Numbered from the stretch's first letter, positions 48,676 to 61,635 are shown. The stretch: 64,000 nucleotides of DNA from Heterodontus francisci (GCF_036365525.1 NC_090407.1:24332084-24396083); one strand, 5' to 3'. Made by a program: numbers and translations. The notes: generated by a model from the letters alone, not told the origin.

Positions 48676-50572
48676 CCAGTGGGCAGCAGCTCCCTCACTA
48701 GCTGGAGATCACCTGACATTGAATGGGTTACATAAGCCTTCTGGATGGGGATAACATGAGAAATGGAGAGGATTTCGGATGTTTCCTGATGCTGCTGTTA
48801 ATTTAAGAAAATATTTGATTTCACACCTTTTGAAGAACTTGTTTTTCTTTGCAAACTTGCACATAAACTGGAAGAAAAAGTCTAAAGGTGAAAACAGTGG
48901 ATTACTTACATTTTACAAAAGCAATAAATCTTCAAATGGTACTAAGTGAGAATGAAAATGAGCAATGTGAAGTGTTTAGATGAATTTTAGCAGTAAATGG
49001 ATTTAAAGGCAAGAATGCTCTTCAATTGTGCAAGCATTGGTTAGATAGGCTGAATGTAATATTTTAAAATATCATACACTTCTTACGCCTGCATTAATGG
49101 AGGTCAAAATGTGAGGCCCTTTCTTTACAAAATGTATTTACAGAGCTCCCAGAAGAGACTATTATAGTGTGGGCTTGCATGTGAACCTTTCTGAACACAT
49201 CATTAGTACAGTGTACTAGAGGTAGTGTTCACCTGCAGGCATCTGATGGGGTGGGGCCGTAAACATTTAGAAAAATGAACCTGTTTTTTTTTATATATAT
49301 ATAAACTTTCCAGGACTTGAACTATTTTTTTTAAAGTAAAGGGTGCAAATGTGCTGCTAACCACCAAAAACAACGGGTGCTTTCCAAACAGTCTGCTAAG
49401 AACTGTGCGTGAGTAGGGTTAGCGGCTGTTAAACCAGTATGAGGCTAGTGGAAGAGCTGCAAGTTTTGACTGGCACTAGAAGTTCCTGCATCTTGCTTAT
49501 CAAAAGCTTTGTCAGAGATATTTTGGTTGAACACTTGAAGGTGACTTAAGTTAAAGAAACTCCTGAATTTGTTTGTTTAAATTTCTACCTCTTCGAGATT
49601 TTTCCTTGCTTGGCAGTAAGGACCCATTTGATATGGAAAGTGGTTGAGAATAGTCACCGAGTGTTTGAAACAGTGACTCTTTTATGGACAACAATATTAG
49701 ACAGCTGGCTATTGTATGATTGCTTGTATTTACTATATTTTTGCTCTGTATATAAAATGATAATAAATATATGATCACCTCATTGAGTAAGCTTGTTAAA
49801 CAATTTTTTTCTGTCACAATGATTTGGAATTAGTAACCAGTCAAGAGACAAACTCTTAATCAAGAGATTTGGTGTAAAAATCATGAGTTGGTTTATGTTT
49901 GGGAGGGGGAAAAAAGCAATATAGATTTACAGCTGGCTTATAAACCTCATTAATGGTTTAATTAATCTCTAACAGGTCAGAATTCTTTACAAGACTGTAT
50001 TACTGGATCTGAAAATGCTTTACAAAAAACTTAAATTTCAAAAAAGAAACCCTACCTGGTCCTGTTCACCAGCCTAGTACCTCTGGTTAGGTGGAATTGG
50101 TGAATGAGGCAGGTTTCTGGGGGATATTCTATTTTGACTGTTCTGTAGCCAAGCAGTTCCTAAAACTGGGGATGATCTGCATTTGCTCGTTCACCACATT
50201 TCCCCTCTCAGTACTGCTATAGGTTCATTAATATTCTCCAGGAAGGGAACTGACCCAGTCAGGGAATAAATTCTGGCAAAAATAAATTTATTTATAACCT
50301 TTGGAAGAAATTTAATCCCAGTTTATCCCAAATTTTAGAGTTGGGGGGAGAATTCAGTCAAAAAAGTTTGTTCATAGCAAGCTTCAAAACCCACGTCCAG
50401 TCTATGAGCAACAGCCCACTAATTCTACCTCTGCATTGAGGAATCAGATGTTTGGAGAAGTTTTTGAGCTGGAGAACTGCACAGGGTTAGAATTTTTTTT
50501 TTTTTTAGAGGGAGTCGTTTTTGATAGTGGACAGAGAGAGAGTGCCTGATAGCAAGGGCGAGGATTCCAGGG

Positions 50573-50934
50573 TAAAGGCCTGCTCAGGTCTGCAAATGAG
50601 ACCCAACCCGAGCCCGACCGAACCCCATCCAAGCCCGAACTGACCTGAGTCCTTCCATTTTTGTCTGTGCCTGACCCAACACGACCCAACCATCAGTTAA
50701 TTTACCTTCTGTATTTCACTTTGTTCCTTACCTGCACAAGCTTAAAATAGCTGTAACAAAACCACCTTTTAAAGTACAAAAAGTAAATTAACATTAGAGT
50801 CACTTACCTGAGGTGGTGATAGAGCGTGTCCGGTCCGACCCGACCCGACCCGACCCGAGACCGAATGCCGGACCCGAAAGTGCGACCTGACCCAACCCGA
50901 AAGTCTTCTGGTCCCGTTGGGTAGCAGGTCTTTA
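50573..50934. mobile_element. hAT-type MITE
   Basis: TIRs taaaggcctgct / agcaggtcttta, a perfect 8-bp duplication ttccaggg (50565-50572/50935-50942) and (cccga)n subterminal arrays. Confidence 0.9.
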
Positions 50935-52268
50935 TTCCAGGGTGCAGAGGCTGATTTGATCCAAAGTGATCTGGTGAAAGGTCATCAACTTGAAACGTTA
51001 ACTCTGTTTCTCTCTCCGCAGATGCTGCCAAACCTGCTGAGTATTTCCAGGACTTTGTTTTTCATATTTCCAGCATCTGCAGTATTTTGCTTTTATTTTG
51101 GTCTCCTTGAGCAATGTACAAACGCCCAGGGACTATTGTCTACTGTTATTGCAACAATTTCCCAAATTGAATTGAAGTTGGATTCTTTCTACAGTAATTT
51201 CTCCTGATCATTAGCACTTAATTTTACACACTCCCTGATACAGTTGCATTTCCAGATTGTGTGCAATGTGTTACAAATCTAACTAAACAGCTCAAACAAT
51301 GTTCCAGCAATGCCCCAATCTTCCTACCTTAACCTGGTCCTGACTGGAGTTGGCCAGGCTCATGACTGTGTGCAGGGGAGAGGGTTGCGACCTGGAGAAT
51401 GGGGACACAAAATCCTAAATCCTTTCTTTTAACAGTCCTAACTGCAGAGTTCAACACATGAGATGTGCAGTGTTCTCTGCTCTTGTGTCACAGACATGCT
51501 GGAGAAAAGTGTGCTGAACAGCAGCTCGTAGCAACTTGATCGTTGTAGGAAAGTTAGCTAAATTTACTTGGCAAGAAGACTCTTCAGGACTGCCTGAATT
51601 GAGTAGCACGTGCACTTCACAGAGACAGTCAAGAAGCTGCTACGAGCAGGAGCATGGGAGTGGCTGTGGCCTGGTTACTGGGCTGTAAGTGATGGTGTCT
51701 CAGCGTGTGGGTAAAGTTTGTGCTGTTTGCTTCAGGTCTGCATTGGCCTGTCAGTTTCAACCACTTCAGGTCCTGTTTCTGCAGTTGGTGGAGACTCTCA
51801 GCTGGTACGGATAGTTAGTACGTGGTCACTGGCATGAGCCATCCGGGGCGGGTGCAAGATTTAGCGGCCTACAAAAGGCATGTTTACGAGAATGCCTGTG
51901 AAAAATCTTGACATTTGGAGATCTATCATGAGATTATTAATGTGGCTTAATTTTATTTAGAATTTGCATCTCTTTGATACTTGGCATGTCTGTAGTAAGG
52001 TGTCTTTAGGGTGGAGGGGATTCTAAGATGCCACACCTGGTGATGGATGATTGGAACCGTTAACTCTGTCTCTAAGATAATTAAGAATTGAATCTCTGAA
52101 CCAGGCAGGTCCACACTGCTTGAGGGTACTGTTGATGATTGTTCAGCAATGGATCTTGGAGGGGAAAACCTGCCACTTGGGAGTGGGAAAGCCCTGCAGG
52201 CTAAAGCCGCAGTGGGTTACTGGACAAGCAGTGGGAGTTTTAATGTTGCTGGTTAGCTGCATGGTTTT

Positions 52269-53150
52269 CAGAATCACAGAATTGTTAACCTGCAGAAGGA
52301 GGCCATTTGGCCCATCGTGTCTGCACAAATGAGTAGTTCACCTAATGCCATTCCCCTGCCTTCTCCCTGTAACCCTCTACATTCTTCCTTTTCAGATAAG
52401 TCTAATTCCCTTTTGAATGCCTCGATTGAACCTGTCTGCACCACACTCTTTGGCAGCACATTCCAGATCCTAACTACTCGTTGCGTGAAGAGGTTTTTCC
52501 TCATGTCGCTTTTGCTTCTTTTGCCAATTACTTTAAATCTGTGTCCTCTCGCTCCTGATCCTTTCACAAGTGGGAACAGTTACTCTCTATCTACTCTGTC
52601 CAGACCCCTCATGATTTTGAATATTGCTATCAAATCACCTCTCGCCCTTTGTCTAAGGGAAACAGTCCCAACTTCTCCAATCTATCTTCATAACTGAAGT
52701 TCTTCATCTTTGGAACCATTCTCGAGAATCTTTTCTGCACTCTCCAATGCTTTCACATCTTTCCTAAAGTGTGGTGCCCAAAACTGGTCGCAAAACTCCA
52801 GGTGAGGCCGAGCTAGTGTCTTATACAGGTTCAACATAACTTTCTTGCTCTTGTACACTATGCCCCTATTAATAAAGCCTAGGATACTGTATGCTTCATT
52901 AACCACTGTTGCAACCTATCCTGCCACCTTCAATAACTTATGTACATATACACCCAGGTCCCTCTGCTTTTGTACCCCCTTTAGAGTTGTACCTTTTATT
53001 TTATATTGTCTCTCCATGTTCTTCCTACCAAAAGGAATCACTTCACATTTCTCTGCTTTGAACTTCATCTGCCACTTGTCCACTCATTCCACCAAATTTT
53101 GTCCTTTTGAAGTTCTACACTATCCTCCTGACAATTCACAATGCTTTCAA
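52269..53150 (-). mobile_element. CR1-type LINE 3' fragment
   Basis: The minus strand translates ILGFINRGIVYKSKKVMLNLYKTLARPHLEFCDQFWAP and RGHRFKVIGKRSKSDMRKNLFTQRVVRIWN. Confidence 0.85.
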
Positions 53151-55344
53151 GTTTAGTTGGCTGAACCTCAGCAGTATGCCTCGTACACTTGGGAGTTCCA
53201 AAAACTGCACCTAAGCTTTTTGGACTTGGGTAACTGTAATGTGTCCCTTGAGAGAGAGAGAGTATGCATTCAATAGTAGGAAAGTTTCTATGAATTTCTC
53301 CATTTAGTTTAGAGACTCGAAGCACAGTGATGCATTTCTGTGCATTTTCAGCTTGGTTAAAAAATAAATTGTCCATAAATGACAATATGTCCATGTACTT
53401 AATTGGGTTCATTTCTCAGCTTTCGTTTTGGTTGCCTAATCCTCCAAAGATTAGTGTGTTGAGGGAATATTGCCCTGAACATCTCTTGAAAACTGGTCAG
53501 CGTAATGTATCTTTTATGTTGACATACGCCCATCCTTAAAAGGCCTCTTTTAGATCCTTTACCATCTTGCTGCCTCAGCTCCAATGTAGCCTGTTGTTAA
53601 ACATTAATAATTCTGGGGAAAGTAATTTGCAGCCAAGTTGAGAACAAGAGTTGGTGTCTTTTCATAGGATGCATGCAGATGGGAGGCTAATCCTGATATT
53701 CAGTACAGGAGTGAAGCATGAATTTGGGAATTGTCGCACCATCAGTGTAATATTAACAATGGAAAAACTCTTCAACATTTTACAGGACGCCATCAATATT
53801 CATGCTGGCTGCCTCACAGTTATCTCATTCAGATGACCATCAATTATGAGCCGAGATGGTGAGTCTCAGCAGGCTATTCAACTTCTATCACAGTTAAACC
53901 CAATCCTACCCCTACCCAAAGTCCACATAACATGCACATCTCCACTGGGGGGGGGGGGGCACTGTGTAGCAATCATGAGTTGGAAGACTGGCTGCTTTTT
54001 TTTTTTAGTCCCTCACCTCTAGCCAACTGTAATGATCCAACTGAGTTGAACTAACTCAGCACTGCAATTGAAGATTTAAAAATGATTTGTGCTAGCAATG
54101 GCAAACATTGCTGGGCAGATTAAAACAAGTTAAACAATTGAAAGGAAACAAGGCTCTTCCTTGAAGTCAGTAATGAGAAAATTCTCAGACATGAGGAAGT
54201 CTCTAGAAGCCAGTATCTCATCCCCTTACTTTATTAATAATTAATTTGAAGAAAGAAGGTCCTAGTAATGTGATCCAGCTCCCATTCATATTCAGCTGCT
54301 TTCCCTTTCTCCTTCACTGTTTTGTTCTGGTTGAAAGTAGTCGCGCTCCCTGAAATTTTTATAATGTTGCTTATTGGAGGAGAACAGTTGCATCCCAGGG
54401 AGTCTGGCTTAACCTGATTACTGATCACACAATTACAACAAAAATTTGTAATTATACGGCGGTTTTAACTTCGTAAAACACCCAAGATGCTTCATAGGAG
54501 AACAATCAGACAAAAACTGACACCAAGTTAAAGGAGAGATTGAGACAGGTGGCCAAAAGGTTGGTCAAAAAGGTAGCTTTTAACAAGGATCTTAAAGGAG
54601 GAAAGAGAGTTGGAGAGGTTTAGGAAAGGAATTCCAAAGTGTAGGGCCTAGATAGCCGAAGGCATGGCCACCAACGGTGGAGGGAAGGAAGGGGAGTGAA
54701 CAAGAGTAGAGTTGGAGGAATGCAGAGATCTCAGAGGGTTGTAAAGCTGGAGGAGGTGAGAGATGTGGGTGGGGGGAGTGAGGCCATGAACAGATTCAAA
54801 CATGAGGTTGAGAATTTTAAAATTAAGGTGTTGCTGGACTGGGAGCCATTGTAGGGCAGCGGGCACAGGGATAATGGGTCAATGGAACTTGGTGCGAGTT
54901 AGGATTTGGGCAGCAAAGATTTGGATGAGTTTAGTTTATGGAGGTTGGAAGATGGGAGGCCTGCCAGAAGAGCACTGGAATAGTCAAGTCTGGAGATAAC
55001 AAAAGCATGAATGTTGATTTCAGCTGCACATGGGCTGAGGCAGCGGTGGAGATGTGCAATTTTACAAAGTAGGCAGTCTTTGCGGTGGAGAGGATAGGGA
55101 GGTGGAACCTCAGCCCAAGGTCAAATACGCCGCTGGGGTCGCGAACCATCTGGTTCGGCCTGGAACAGTAGTGAGGGAGAGGAATGGATCAGTGGCTAGG
55201 ATTTTGTTGTTGAGACCGAAGACCATGGCTTCAGCCTACCCAATGTTTAATTGGAGGAAATTTTGCCTCATCCAGGACTGGGTGTTGGGCAAACATTCTG
55301 ACAACCACAACTGATTACCACTGGCCTAACTTAAGATAGTCCTG

Positions 55345-56077
55345 ATATGCTTCTGCTTCTGATATGACCTCCTTTTTCCTCAACCGAGGATTTCCCCCCA
55401 CTGTGGTTGACAGGGCCCTCAGTCCGCAAGCAGGACCCTGAGCTTCCGGTTGCTTGCCATTTCAACACTCCCCCCTGCTCTCATGCTCACATCTCTGTCC
55501 TGGGATTGCTGCAGTGTTCCAGTGAACATCAACGCAAGCTCGAGGAACAGCATCTCATCTACCGATTAGGCACACTACAGCCTGCCGGACTGAACATTGA
55601 GTTCAATAATTTCAGAGCATGACAGCCCCCCATTTTACTTTCATTTTTAGTTATTTTTTCTTCCTTTTTTTTTTACATTCTTTTTTACATTTTTTACAAT
55701 CTTTTTTTGCATTTATTTCATTTCATCTTAGTTTGTTCAGTTTGCTTACCCACTGTTTTTTCAGGTTTGCACTTGCTGCTGTTCAATATTCAGTGTATTC
55801 ACACCTAATCTGTACTAATGCTTTGTCTTTCAACACACCATTAACATATTGTTTGCCTTTGCTCCGTGACCTTTTGGTCAGCTATGCGGCCTGGTCCAAT
55901 CTGCACCTTCTCCTTTGTTATCTCTTGCCCCACCCCCACCTCACTTGCTTATAATCTGTGACTTTTCTAATATTTGTCAGTTCCGAAGAAGGGTCACTGA
56001 CCCGAAACGTTAACTCTGCTTCTCTTTCCACAGATGCTGCCAGACCTGCTGAGTGATTCCAGCATTTCTTGTTTTTG
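55345..56077 (+). mobile_element. Internally deleted Penelope-like element (RT C-terminal scrap, GIY-YIG C-terminus, terminal repeat)
   Basis: FFLNRGFPPTVVDRAL is joined to PVACHFNTPPCSH...RKLEEQHLIYRLGTLQPAGLNIEF. The insertion is flanked by a 14-bp duplication ttaagatagtcctg (55331-55344/56078-56091). Confidence 0.85.
55979..56015 (+). ncRNA. Minimal hammerhead ribozyme motif with a variant core (CCGAAGA)
   Basis: agtt-CCGAAGA-a-gggtc-act-gaccc-GAAA-CGTT-aact, located in the terminal repeat of the Penelope-like element. Confidence 0.6.
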
Positions 56078-56746
56078 TTAAGATAGTCCTGCATTGTTTA
56101 CATATTTCCCAGTTACAGCACCTTGCATTTATCCTTTTTTTTTTAAAGAGACACAGACAGATAAGGGAAGGAGACACAGCGAGCAATAGATGGGGATAAA
56201 GAATGGTCTAAGAAGGGTACACTCTGTCAAGCTATCTACATTTTATTTATATATGCAGATAGACAAACAAAGGGAGAGTAAAATGCAAGAGGAAAAATAT
56301 TTATAATTAATGTTTAATGTGGAATCTCTGAAATTCAGGGAAGTACCAAGGTTGTTTAAAGTTTTTCTCATGCCTGGAAGCTGCAGCACTGAACCTGCCA
56401 GCTCCAGCATTAGTGCTGGTATGAACCAGTAGGTAGAAATATGAAGTACAGCTGTAACAAGCAGGAGAACCATAGCTGCCGGGAAGCCTTACTTATGTTT
56501 ACACTTGTGCAGGAGGTCACTTTCTTACTGTGTGCTAAGTGAAAAAGAGCCGATAAAAGAGGGATAATTTTCAATCAGAGTTCGTCAGTTGTATGAGAAC
56601 TCCTTTTTTTAATTCATTAATAGAATGTGGGCATCACTGGCCAGGCCAGCATTTATTGCCTGCCCCCGATTACCATTGAGAAGGTGGTGGCAAGCCACCT
56701 TCTTGAACTGCTGCAGTCTGTGTGGTGAAGGTACTCCCACAGTGTT

Positions 56747-56868
56747 CAGTTTAGTTTAGATATACAGCACTGAAACAGGCCCTTCGGCCCACCGAGTCTG
56801 TGCCGACCACCAACCACCCATTTATACTAATCCCATATTCCTACCACATCCCCACCTGTCCCTATATT
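56747..56868 (-). mobile_element. HE1-type SINE 3' fragment nested in another repeat (about 56604-56900)
   Basis: tacagcactgaaacaggcccttcggcccaccgagtctgtgccga is identical to the copy at 42315. Confidence 0.75.
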
Positions 56869-57907
56869 TTGTTAGGGAGGGAAATCCAGGACTTTGACCA
56901 AGTCCTTTGGTAATTTGAGAGGCAGGTGGCAGGGAGTCTCATGGTCATTGTGTCAGATCCCTTAATTCCAGCAATGGGCCCCTTTGGCTGATATTTTATC
57001 AGCTCTCACCCAACAGTGAATGACAACAATTAAGACTTGCATTTAAATAGCACCTTTTATATAGTAAAACGTCCCAAGTTGTCTCAAAGGAGTGTTATCA
57101 AACAAAGTTTGACACTGAAACATATAAAGAGATGTTAGGACAGATGACTAAATGCTTGGTCAAAGAGATACATTGTAAAGAGTGTCTTAAAGGAGAAAAG
57201 AGAGGTAGAAAGGAGAGGTTGAGGGAGGGAATTCCAGAGCTTAGGGCCTGGGCAGCTGAAAACACAGCCACTAATGGTGGAGCGATTAAAATCAGGGTTG
57301 CTCAAGAGGCCAAAACTGGAGGAGGGCAGAGATCTGGAGGAAGTGGAATGGTGTCAAATCCAACCTCACAAATTCCCTAACTTTGTACCTTCGGAAATAA
57401 CAGAAGAAAGGCTGGAATGCTCCTCTTGCATTACAGGCCCCTATTCCCCAGTCTGTTCCAGATCCAGTATTCCCACTCTGTTGCAGACCTGAATTTCCTA
57501 CTGTGTTCTTTAAGCCTGACTTCAGTCTGTGCCCACCTTGTTCCAGACCTGACCACATGAAGTTCAGGTGCCAAAAACTATGAGTCACAAGTTCCGAACT
57601 TCACCCTCCTGTGTCAGGCAGCAGAACTGGAATGTATCTGGATGAAAGCTGGTTGGGAGTCTCTGGCTGCAGGCAGCTCCCCAGCACTGTACCAGTTTAA
57701 GCTTGTGTCATTGACACAGAAAACAATAACCCAAAAGGAATTTCAATTAACAGTACCAGCCTCTGCTGAACTGGATCAGTTAGACTTTATCGAGTCAAAC
57801 TATAAACTCATTAAATTAGTTACACATTACACTTGATACAACCTTTCAGTAAACAGTGCAATAAAACTTTTGAGCTGGAAGAAAGTGCAAATGACCTGCT
57901 GTAAAGT

Positions 57908-57915
57908 TATAAATA
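57908..57915 (+). promoter_or_regulatory. Candidate TATA box of the RNF186-like gene
   Basis: TATAAATA lies 35 bp before the first ATG and 71 bp before a strong-context ATG (aggATGg at 57979). Confidence 0.4.
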
Positions 57916-57942
57916 CCAACCACCTACAGAGGAACCTGAAAT

Positions 57943-58611
57943 ATGCTTGAGTATTGGATTGAAGCTCCCAGCCTAAGGATGGAAAAAGTGGTCGTTGGAG
58001 ATGCCTCAGTGCCAGAGCACGACTGCCCGATTTGTTTTAACAAGTATGATTCTTTCATTCGAAAACCCAAGCTTCTGGCTTGTCAGCACTGTTTCTGTGC
58101 GATCTGCCTGAAGATCATGGTGTCAGACAAAGATGGCTCCTGGGTGGTCACTTGCCCTCTCTGCAGGCGCTCCACACTGGTGATGGAAGCTCTGATCAGC
58201 AATCTGCCGGACAATCCCAGCCTGATGGAGGTCCTGTCCAGGAGGATGTCCGCCTTCCCTGAATCTGTGCCCGAGGTGGTGCTATCTCCAAACCTGCTAC
58301 TGCAAACCAACGTCAGCACCTTCACTCTCCTTGCTGAGCCCAGTATTCAGCCAGACGATGAGGACCGACACCTGAGGAATCGCCTAACAGCATCAGCCAT
58401 AAAACGCTTTCTACTGACCATGGTCATCTTCTTGATCCTTTTGTTCGGACTGCAGTATTTCTTCAAAAACCCGGCTCTGACCTGGATTCTGATTATCCTG
58501 ACCATTCTGTGTTCATTGACAGGGCTGGTCCTTCTTTATGTCACTTGTCAGAGCACCAGGAACAGGGAGTTCATCGCATACTGTAACTGTCTGCCCTTCT
58601 CAAATCTCTGA
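57943..58611 (+). CDS. RNF186: RING-HC E3 ubiquitin ligase with two C-terminal TM helices, RNF186-like (RNF152/182/183/186 family); the start may be the ATG at 57979
   Basis: The C3HC4 RING (CPICFNKY...PKLLACQHCFCAICLKIMV...SWVVTCPLCR) closely resembles remembered RNF186 (PKLLACQHAFCAICLK...WSITCPLCR). Single exon, two hydrophobic helices, adjacent to OTUD3 as in human, AATAAA at 58709. Confidence 0.85.
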   Translation: MLEYWIEAPSLRMEKVVVGDASVPEHDCPICFNKYDSFIRKPKLLACQHCFCAICLKIMVSDKDGSWVVTCPLCRRSTLVMEALISNLPDNPSLMEVLSRRMSAFPESVPEVVLSPNLLLQTNVSTFTLLAEPSIQPDDEDRHLRNRLTASAIKRFLLTMVIFLILLFGLQYFFKNPALTWILIILTILCSLTGLVLLYVTCQSTRNREFIAYCNCLPFSNL

Positions 58612-59341
58612 ACCTCGAAGCAAATGCAACAACTTCATTATTAAGACTGACAGTTCCAAAGTCAAATGTTCGTGTTTAAAGATCACATTTTATATATGTT
58701 TATGCGAGAATAAATGGGAGTTTAGTAGGGGCACAAATCTTCAAGGTTTTCTGTCACTAGTGAGTACTGGGCCAGGGGTTCAATGTTTCATTGAGGTAAA
58801 TATAAAAATTGTCATTTGAACCGTTTAGTATTATGTTAGTTTGGACAGACTGTTAGTTTTATTCGTGACACTCTACTTTTAAAGGGAGTGCCTATGTTGT
58901 TCTGGTGGGGCCCACCAATCGCTAGTCTCAGCAAAATAGGACATCTGGAATTTGCATTTAGTGAACGTTTCGAGGCTTTGTCGGAGGAGAGATTCAAATC
59001 AAATACTGCAACTGTTTATCCACATGCGCGGTCAACAGTATGAACTTTGGTCGAAGTTCGTTACCTGCAGAATGTAACGTGCTGCAATGTGAAATGTACA
59101 TCTGCGGATTACGGAGGGAGGCAGCTGGATCAGTGGAGGTCAGCTCTGTGTGACTGTAATCTGAAAACATTGCCGCTGCCAAGAAATCCGAATAAAAACC
59201 AAATTTTTCTATCCATGTCTTCAAATTGTTCACAAATGGACTCAGATATTTTCTAGAAAATATGGTCGTGCTAGGGTATTTTGTATTAAATCAGCTCAGA
59301 AGTACAGCAGTTGAATGTTGACCTGTACAACACCTTTTACA

Positions 59342-59560
59342 GAGAATCTACAGCACAGAAATTGACCAGATGGCCTATCTGGTCGATACCAGTATTAATG
59401 CGACAGATCAGCTTCCTTCCACCCCTCTACATCGACCCCCCATCAGCATAGCCTTCCATTCCTCCCTCCCTCATGTGCTTATTGAGCTCCCCCCTTAAAT
59501 ACATCTATGCTATTCGCCTCAACTACACTATGTGGTACCAGTTCCACATTTTTACCTCGC
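59342..59560 (-). mobile_element. CR1-type LINE 3' UTR fragment
   Basis: Similar to the relic at 160-440 (ccccttaaat...cgcctcaact). Confidence 0.55.
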
Positions 59561-60027
59561 TTTTCTGATAAGTATATCCTAATTGTGGATGTGATATTCT
59601 GCCACGCGGCTTTTGTTTGTGGCTGCCTGAAGTTTAAAATTCAAACCTGTGATTTAAAACACTTTCATCTGTTACTTTAGGGATTAAATTTAGATCTGTC
59701 TCTGCTTCACCAACTCTATTAACTGGTTGCAAGTATTGATGCGAGATCCTAGAATTAAATTTCTTATTTCCATGTAAACATCCCACTAAAACTCTCAATG
59801 CGCCATGTATTACATTCCGGGGAATTAACAGATAAATTCAGTTGCAGACACACTGCTCCACACTTCCTGCTGGATTACAATCTTTCTGATTTAAAAAAAA
59901 AGATTGTTTGGATTAAATTAGCAGCAACAAACACCCTCCCGTTTTTGGTTTATAAATTAAGGCATTGATAGGATGTTCATCAGCACTTTTGGGTCCTGGA
60001 GTGAAAAGTTGACCAGGGTTCCCACTC

Positions 60028-61635
60028 TTTTTTTATTTCCAAAATATACTTTATTCATAAAAATCTGTAAAAATTACATTACCAGTTTCAAACAGCACCA
60101 AGTCAAAAAATACAAACAGTGCATAGGTGATCAGTTTCCTTCAATACAATCATGAGTTGCCTCACAACCCTTCCATTTCACATTTGTCATGCCAGATACA
60201 TTTTTACATTTTATACGAGACAAAATTTTCCCGATACAGTTCGAGGGGTTTCCCATGGATCCAGCTCCTCAGTTCAGCTTGGTGGGGGGACCTTACACTG
60301 TGGTCTTTCCCCATTGAGCCTTTGCTGCGGCTGCCCCAAGCTTTAGTGCGTCCCTCAGCACGTAGTCCTGGACCTTGAAATGTGCCAGTCTGCAACATTC
60401 GGTGGTGGACAACTCTTTGCGCTGGAAGACCAGCAAGTTTCGGGCAGACCAAAGGGCGTCTTTCACCGAATTGATAGTCCTCCAGCAGCAGTTGATGTTT
60501 ATCTCGGTGTGCGTCCCTGGGAATAGCCCATAGAGCACAGACTCCTGTGTTACAGAGCTGCTTGGGATGAACCTCGACAAAAACCACTGCATCTCTTTCC
60601 ACACCTACTTTGCGAAGACACATTCCAGGAGGAGGTGGGCGACCGTCTCTTCCCCACCACAGTCACCTCGAGGGCATTGTGCAGAGGGGGTAAGACTTTG
60701 GGCGTGCAGGAAGGATCTGACGGGGAGGGCTCTTCTCACCACCAGCCAAGCTATATCTTGGTGCTTGTTTGAAAGTTCTGGTGATGAGGCATTCCGCCAA
60801 ATGACTTTGGCGGTCTGCTCGGGAAACCATCCAACAGGATCCACCGTCTCCTTTTCCCGTAGGCCTTGAGGACATTCTGTGCAGACCACTGCCTGATGGA
60901 TCGATGGTCAAAGGTGTTTTCTCACAGAAACTGCTCCACGAAGGATAGGTGGTACGGCACAGTCCAACTGCATGGAGCGTTCCGCGGCAATGTGACCAGG
61001 CCCATCCTTCGCAACACCAGGGACAGATAGAACCTCAGCACGTAGTGACATTTGGAGTTTGCGTACTGGAGGGCTACACACAGCTTGATGCAGCCGCACA
61101 CGAAGGTGGTCATCAGGATGAGGGCCACGTTGGGTACATTTTTCCCGCCCTTATCCAGAGGTTTGAACATCGTGTCCCTCCGGACCCGGTCCATTTTAGA
61201 TCCCCAGGTGAAGCGGAAAATGGCTCGGGTGACCGCCACAGCGCAGGAGTGGGGTATGGGCCAGACCTGCGCCACGTACAGCAACAACGTGAGCGCCTCG
61301 CACCTGATGACCAGGTTCTTACTCACAATGGAGAGAGATCGCTGCCCCCACATGCTCAACTTTTGTTGTACCTTGGCTACTCGCTCCTCCCAGCTTTTGG
61401 TGCACGCCCCGGCCCTTCCAAACCATATCCCCGGCACCTTCAGGTAGTCAGACCTGACGGTGAAGGGGACAAAGGATCGGTCAGCCCAGTTCCCAAAGAA
61501 CATGGCCTCACTTTTGCCGTGGTTAACTTTGGCTCCCGAGGCCAGTTCGAACTGGTCGCAGATGCTCATCAGTCTGCGCATGGACTGCGGATCCGAGCAG
61601 AAGACGGCGACGTCATCCATGTACAGGGAGGTTTT
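60028..61635 (-). mobile_element. 5'-truncated Tx1/L1-clade LINE (RT C-terminal half, CCHC finger, 3' UTR, poly(A))
   Basis: SLYMDDVAVF, FELASGAKVNHGKSE and CPRGDCGGEETVAHLLLECVFAK, with a T-run at 60028-60034. Confidence 0.88.

Noticed and set aside
50830-50900. (cccga)n array as an independent satellite
   Set aside because: These are the subterminal repeats of the hAT MITE bounded by TIRs and an 8-bp duplication.
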